Source of the DNA: the human T2T-CHM13v2.0 reference genome, Homo sapiens
Assembly (NCBI RefSeq): GCF_009914755.1
Contig: NC_060947.1
Reading direction: 5' to 3' (one strand)
Length of the DNA: 64,000 bases
Of the stretch, positions 55,526 to 64,000 are shown in pieces. The translations under genes were made by a program, and so were the position numbers. Within the stretch, counting starts at the first letter, position 1; each line of letters begins with the position of its first letter. A model generated the notes under the pieces. The model was not told the origin of the DNA. It saw only the letters and a program-made list of their open reading frames with translations, and made no database searches.

Positions 55526-56856
55526 CTGCAGTACAGAGAATAAATCATCCTTTGGAAAAAAACTGGGTCCTTCACTTTTACCTTTTAATTTCCTTATAAC
55601 TATGCAGGTTAACAACTCTCTAACATTACAGAGTTCAGATCCCATTCAAATTATAAAACCTTGTTATATGTAAAGCATGAGAAAGAGAATTTTAGGAGTA
55701 AAAACTGAAAGGAGTACTAGAAAATACATTCAGTGGTCAAAAGTAATCCTAGAAACAAACAAAATTTAACAATAATTGGCAGCTATATTATACTCAGTTT
55801 ATAAAGGGGCAAAGTGGGCTGCAAGGTTATGTCTCCTGTACTAAAAGATAAAGTATTCAAAAACGAGACTTCTAAGTACTCAGTTCCATATTCTAATTAC
55901 ACAATCTCATTTACTCTCCATGGAAAGATACTTGGGCATATCTAGAGACTATGAGGAAATGCTTATATTTATAGACCTAATCTTTGTTCATTTAACTTCT
56001 TCAATTTTAGACATTTTTCCCCTAAAATGCATACCCATTTTAGCACCTTTCTATCAGTATTTATCCTGCCAGAAGAATTTTAAGAAAGTCACAGCTGAAT
56101 TGAAGCACACTGACTTATTATTATGAACCTATATGACTACTGAGTCAAATTTTTAAAAACTTTTAAAGTTAATGCCTAAAGATATGCCAGACACTATTTA
56201 GATGTTGGATGCTGCAAGAAACATATGGTATATTAGGAAGACAAACACACAAACAGCGCTGAATATACAATAGGTACAGGTACTACTGTATAACACTGAT
56301 TCCAAATACGAAGCATATAAAGAACATCATCGACTTGACCTGGAATGTAAAGTCCTTTGTCTCGAAGAGTTTACGATCTCTTGAAGAGCCAAAGCTCTTC
56401 AAAGATACATATGTGAAAAACATCCAAAAAGTACAAAACAATATGTGAACAAATGTCAAGAATCAAATACCAGAGGAAATCAGAGTAAAATCACTGTAAA
56501 CTATGGTCAACAGGAAAAGCATCACACAAAACACTTGCTGCCCAGATGGATGTGATTAGGATAGACAAATGGAATGCAGAAAGTCATTGCAAGCAAGAGG
56601 AATGACACTATCAAAGTCATGGACATGAGAGTAAGCATGGCATGTGTAGGGAATAGTGAAGCCACAGCCCTGGCTCAAGTACAAAGTTTGTGTTAAGATA
56701 CCACGAAATGTAAGGCTAGATAGGTAAGCTGGGGTCAGTCAGCACAGGGCCTTGAATGCCAGGCTGAAGGGTGTGAACCTGAGATGAAAAATGTTTTAGA
56801 CTATAGAGATAAATCAGGAGTTACCTTGAGCATAAGATTGAGTCCTGGAACCTTAC

Positions 56857-56985
56857 CTGTACTTTGGATGGGAATTATAATAACAAAACCATCTTGCAGG
56901 TAACATGGATGGATCAATCTTCCCAGGAAGCTTTCTCCATTTAAGACACTCATCACACTGAACCCATGTCTGGTCAGGAACCTTC
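56857..56985 (-). CDS. MORC4: MORC4 CW-type zinc finger exon ([42 protein letters not shown])
   Basis: 129 nt; TTTCCTTCATTCAG| acceptor, CAG|GTAAGG donor; WVQCD.C.KWR...W.C..N is the zf-CW signature. Confidence 0.96.
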
Positions 56986-58039
56986 CTGAATGAAGGAAAA
57001 TGGAAGTGTGACTGTGTATATCTTAGCTCTGTGCTTTGTCTTACATTAGAAAGGTGCAGCCAAAAAAAGAAAGAACCTAATTTCATATATGAAATATGTT
57101 GGGAATGTTATCATCTTGGTGCCCAAATGTATATATTTTTAACTTCACAGATAAAATGATAGAACTATAGCAAATATGGATATGAAAAATAGTAACAAGT
57201 ATTAACATGGTGAGCTACTTTTATAGAGGTCAATAATATTTATCTTGTAACCAAAAACCACTTGTACCCCAAAAGCTATTGAAACATTTTTTAAATAATA
57301 CTTATCCTGGTGGCTCTTGTTCCAAGCAAACAATAGGGTAATTTTAACTCTAAAATTTATTAACTTGGAAAAATTCTGTTTATTACTATATTACCAAGAA
57401 ATAAAACCCATAGAATCATTTTGTTTCCTTCTGTCCAATCATGTAACAGGCTTAAAATCCATTTATGACAGCCATGGAAGCATTGCCATTAAAACATCTC
57501 CCTCATTTCCCTACAGAGACTCCTTATTCCTTTTCATTTCCCTCTCAAGAAAAACCCTTTGCTTATAATACTTCAATCAAAATTTTACTAGGTTGATATT
57601 CCCAAAGTTAATCTTAAAAAGTAATATAAATTTGATTAAATTTCATAACTAGAAATGGTGGTTCCAGACAGCAATGGGGTTAAATTAAGATAAAACTCTT
57701 CCAGAGTTCAACTCTTAAAATGCATACCCACTCTGATTCCCCTCAGTTACCTACACTTTAGAGTGAATTTGTTTCTCTGAGAAAGTGGTCCTTATATGAC
57801 AGAAGTACTCAGTACCTAAGGTGTAAAAGACAGGCTACAGTGAGAATGAAGGCGGCTGGAGAAAAGACACACAAAGCAAGAAGAGGGGCACCTCAGCCAA
57901 TTTCACTAACATGTAATTTAGCCTAGGATGAGATTTATGCATGTTATATTTATACTTCTTTTATACTAGATATTTCAACAGAGTGGTGCGGTTCTTTTAT
58001 GTCTTAGTTCAATAATTTTCTTAACATCTTAAATTGTGC

Positions 58040-58360
58040 TTTTTATTTTCTTCTTGTTGTTGTTGTTTTTTCCTTTTAGACAGGGTCTCACTCTGTCTCC
58101 CAGGCTGGAGTGCAGTGGCACAATTTCAGTTCACTACAACCTCTGCCTCCTGGGCTCAAGTAATCCTCCCACCTCAGCCTCCCAGGTAGCTATGGGACTA
58201 CAGGCATGCGCCACCACACCCGGCTAATGTTTGTACTTTTGGTAGAGATGGGGTTTCACCATGTTGCCGAGGCTGGTCTCAAACTCCTGAGATCAAACAA
58301 TCCACCTGCCTCAGCCTCCCAAAGTGCTGGGATTACAGGCATGAGCCACCGTGCCTGGCT
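58040..58360 (-). mobile_element. Alu (J/old S)
   Basis: Antisense dimer; TSD TTAAATTGTGCTTTT on both sides. Confidence 0.93.
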
Positions 58361-58939
58361 TTAAATTGTGCTTTTTTCTAAATATAAAAGTAATATAAGC
58401 TCATTATTAAAAACTAGAAAATAGAGAAATATATACAGAAAATAAAAGGCACTCATAATTCTACCACTGAAATACAATGCCCTCTTCTTTTTTTGAAACT
58501 CTGTTTGAACAAAGAAAGTTTGTACACATTTTTGGATCTACAGCTTCCTATTCCCTAGCTCCAGGCTGTTCCAGCCTTGCAACCTCTAAGCTCTAAGCTC
58601 AGGCCTGACCTCTGGTGTCTATATATTTCTAGACAGCCACTGTTTTAGAGCCAGAGTCAATAAAAAGCAGCTTCAGCAGTAGTGGGAGGGGAGAAGAAAG
58701 GTCCTATTAGCTTCGGTTCTACATGCATATGCATAGGAGAGTCTCTTGCAGAGTGCCAGTATTACTCTCTCAGGGATAGGCATGCTTAGAGGCAGCAACC
58801 CTCTGTTTCGGGTTCCATGCAGATCATGGTAGATCCTTCAATCCAGGCAGACAGGAGAGGCTTTTAGCCCATGCTTTCAGGAAATTGGTAGCTGAGATGG
58901 CTTTACTACATTCCCTTCATTGCATCCCTCCAGAAGAGA

Positions 58940-59190
58940 GCAGCAGTTAAGAACTTAGGTTTAGGGGACCTGATTACCTATATTTGAACCTTAGTTCTAC
59001 CACTTGCTGCTTGTCTAACCTTAGGCAAGTTACTTAAGTTCTTGGTGTATCAGTCTCTACATCTGTAAAGAAGTAATAATAATATCTAACAGGTAGGGTT
59101 GTTGTGATGATTAAATAAACCACTGCATGTAAAGAACTTAGAACAGTGCCTGACATATAAGTAAGCGTTCAATAATTACCATTATTACAG
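58940..59190 (+). mobile_element. MIR
   Basis: accttaggcaagttacttaa...tgtaaagaacttagaacagtgcctgacatataagtaagcgttcaata. Confidence 0.8.
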
Positions 59191-60009
59191 TTCTGCCTCC
59201 AGCACACACACTCTCTAGCAGTATGTGAACATCTGTTTCATTGCATTAATCACTGCTAATTTGAAAGGCAAAAAATGGCATCTCATCTTAGTTTGTACTT
59301 CTTTGAAAACTATGGAGGACAGCCATAAGCTGAGATCTTCAGAATAAGAAGAGGGTGATATACATACAGCCATTAGGTTGCATTAGAAATAAAATTTTAT
59401 ATCATACATTTGCCTAATAATTTCCATTAAAATAATAGGTACCTACTCCAAAAAGAACTTTTACCACTCTAATGTTTGTCTTGATGGTGGTGTAACTGAC
59501 TGTGTATGTGTTGGCACACATTCGATCCTCTGTATTATGCTCCTTACCTGACTTGTCTGTCTTAGAGTCAATAAATTCTACCTTTTCTTTAACATACTGG
59601 GTTCTCTATTCCTACTCTCAAGTACTGGTACAATCCCAGCAATATTCACTAGGAATATAAAAAAAAGGGGAAGTTTACTAACATGTCTGAACACCTACTA
59701 TATGCCAGTCACTGTGCTAAAAATGTATGTCACCTAAGTTAATATATTCAGACAGGTGAAGTAACTTACTTACCCAAGCTCATCCAACTATTAAAAAGCA
59801 GATCCAGATTTTCAACCCAGGAACGTTTGATTTAAATAGCCATCATCTTCTACTATATCACACTACCAGTACTAAACTCTTCACATTTATGATCCAGACC
59901 GTAAATGTGTTAAAGCAGAATGAAGAGGTTTAGAGAATGAAGCAATTAGTACCTGTGAGTTCCTATTTTTAGTCAATTAAACTTCCTGATGTGAAAAGCA
60001 CCATCTTAC

Positions 60010-60460
60010 TGAGAGGTGAGGCCAGTTGGACTTCCTGGGTCGAGTGGGGACTTGGGGAACTTTCCTGTCTTACAAGAGGATTGTAAAACGCACCAATCAG
60101 TGCTCTGTAAAACGCACCAATCAGTGCTCTGTAAAACGCACCTATCAGCAGGATTCTAAAAGTAGCCAATCACAGAGAGGATTGAAAAAAGGGCACTCTG
60201 ATAGGACAGAAATGGAACACGGGAGGGAACAATAAGGGAATAAAAGCTGTCCACCCCAGCAAGCAGTGGCAACCCACTCAGGTCCCCTTCCAAGCTGTGG
60301 AAGCTTTGTCCTTTCGCTGTTCACAATAAACCTTGCTACCACTCACTCTTTGGGTCGGTGCCATCTTTAAGAGCTGTAACACTCACCACGAAGGTCTGCA
60401 GCTTCATTCTTGAAGTCAGTGACACCACGAACCCACCAGCAGGAACCAAATCCAGACACA
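60010..60460 (+). mobile_element. Solo LTR12 (ERV9/ERV1 class, LTR12F-like)
   Basis: TG...CA termini, 4-bp TSD TTAC (60006-60009, 60461-60464), tandem 24-bp CCAAT repeats at 60082-60148, AATAAAA TATA-like element at about 60239, AATAAA at about 60325. Confidence 0.92.
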
Positions 60461-60532
60461 TTACCCTTGTTCCTTCCATTTGATCTATGGATATTACCCC
60501 TAATACATTCATATTCTGTATGTATTACTTAC

Positions 60533-60631
60533 GGTATTGGCCTGGCTACAGTTGAGGTCTCAAAATTATCTTGAGATGTTTTTTCCTTCCAGTAAGCATT
60601 GAGCTTCTGGGCAAGGGCATTTATTGTTAGC
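60533..60631 (-). CDS. MORC4: MORC4 exon (LTINALAQKLNAYWKEKTSQDNFETSTVARPI), end of ATPase/S5 module
   Basis: 99 nt; TTTTCTTTCAG| acceptor, CC|GTAAGT donor; phase 2-2. Upstream exons appear to lie beyond the window. Confidence 0.93.
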
Positions 60632-61734
60632 CTGAAAGAAAATGCAAGAAGTATGTCAAAGTTTAGCACTTGTTGAGCAATTCTTTGATCTTTGAGAAGT
60701 TCCCATTTAACAGACACCAATAATTTAGAGTATCTGGCATATTTTTGAACATCTACACTTTAAGAAACCAAGATGGGAATCCATTGCCTTTGCAAGCTAC
60801 ATGTCAAAATGACAAAGTTGTAACACTGAACAGTCACTTTGGTTGAAAAGGTGAAATGGTCACAAGTGCTAAAAAGTAGAGTTCTATAAATTTTCAGGGC
60901 TTGTTGAATCATGGAGTGTATGGGTAACTTGACATTAGAGACTATGACAGAGGACCAAACTGCAGAGATAGGATAGAGCCAAATATTGATAAGTTGATGG
61001 GGAGTTATTTGATTGTCAGATGACTACAGGTAGATAATTCAGAACAAGGTAAAAATCAGATGATCAAATACTATACCCTATCTATTATAAATCAATCAAA
61101 TATTAACTCTAATATGTCTATATAGTCCCTCTTCATCCAAATGCTGATCATAGTAGCATTATGGTGCCCATGAACAAGCACTCCAACATTCTACCACATA
61201 GCCGTTACTGGAGGCTGTATCTGAGTTCCAGCCCTTGCTCTTTATTTCTCTCCCTAAAGGAACAACAGTAGACTCAGGGTCAACAAAAATGTAATTTGTA
61301 AAAATCAAAACCTGAATTTTACTTTTAAAAACTTCCAACTTTCGAATTACTAATTCCTATTTAATTCCATAACCCGAGATTACAACCTAATGTAGAGCTA
61401 CACACAACTGGAAAACTGTACACTTAGAATTCAGAATTTTTTAAATATCTTGGCCCCCTGGATCATTCCCCAAGGTTTTTGCAGAGCTCTTCTCTTGTTA
61501 AGAGAAACTCTTCCTTATCTCTACCTTATTCATATTAAATTAGATTCTCACTAAATGGAAAAGATTAAAGTAATCATATATGAGCTCCCCTATAAACTCT
61601 TATTCCCCTTCAACCTATTTATGTTCCTACTCTATGTCTATATCCTTCCCTCAAGTCACAGATGAAGAACTATTCCTCATTTCCTCTTAAAAATCTACTT
61701 AAAATCTACTTTAAAAAGAAGTAGATTAGATGGG

Positions 61735-64000
<2,266 letters not shown>

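Noticed and set aside
59969-60235. ORFs with repeated IGAFYRAL / KRTNQCSV peptides
   Set aside because: Products of the LTR12 24-bp CCAAT tandem repeat.

Overview
Human genomic DNA, recognised from its proteins as the Xq22.3 RIPPLY1-CLDN2-MORC4 locus. It holds the promoter and first three coding exons of RIPPLY1 (- strand, 1-1797) and CLDN2 (+ strand; non-coding first exon(s) near 16.9 and 18.9-19.06 kb, single coding exon with CDS 26745-27437, 3' UTR to ~29.38 kb). It also holds the last eight exons of MORC4 (- strand, 60631 down to stop at 39995, 3' UTR to ~39.25 kb). All coding exons were reconstructed by hand with GT-AG boundaries and consistent reading phase. The rest is mostly interspersed repeats: about 19 Alus, old and young L1, L2, MIR, CR1/L3, Charlie/Tigger DNA transposons, an MLT1 LTR and a solo LTR12. 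I found no convincing new gene or multi-gene system. The most notable oddities are local: an Alu-internal compound VNTR upstream of the CLDN2 coding exon, a TA-flanked inversion-duplication inside an old L1, an L1PA2 stub with a templated Alu fragment at its 5' junction, TE-donated poly(A) signals for both convergent genes, an antisense LTR12 next to a MORC4 exon, a spliced uORF in frame with CLDN2, and a T-box site cluster upstream of RIPPLY1. Repeat subfamily names, exon numbers and TF motifs come from memory of consensus sequences, not from a search.
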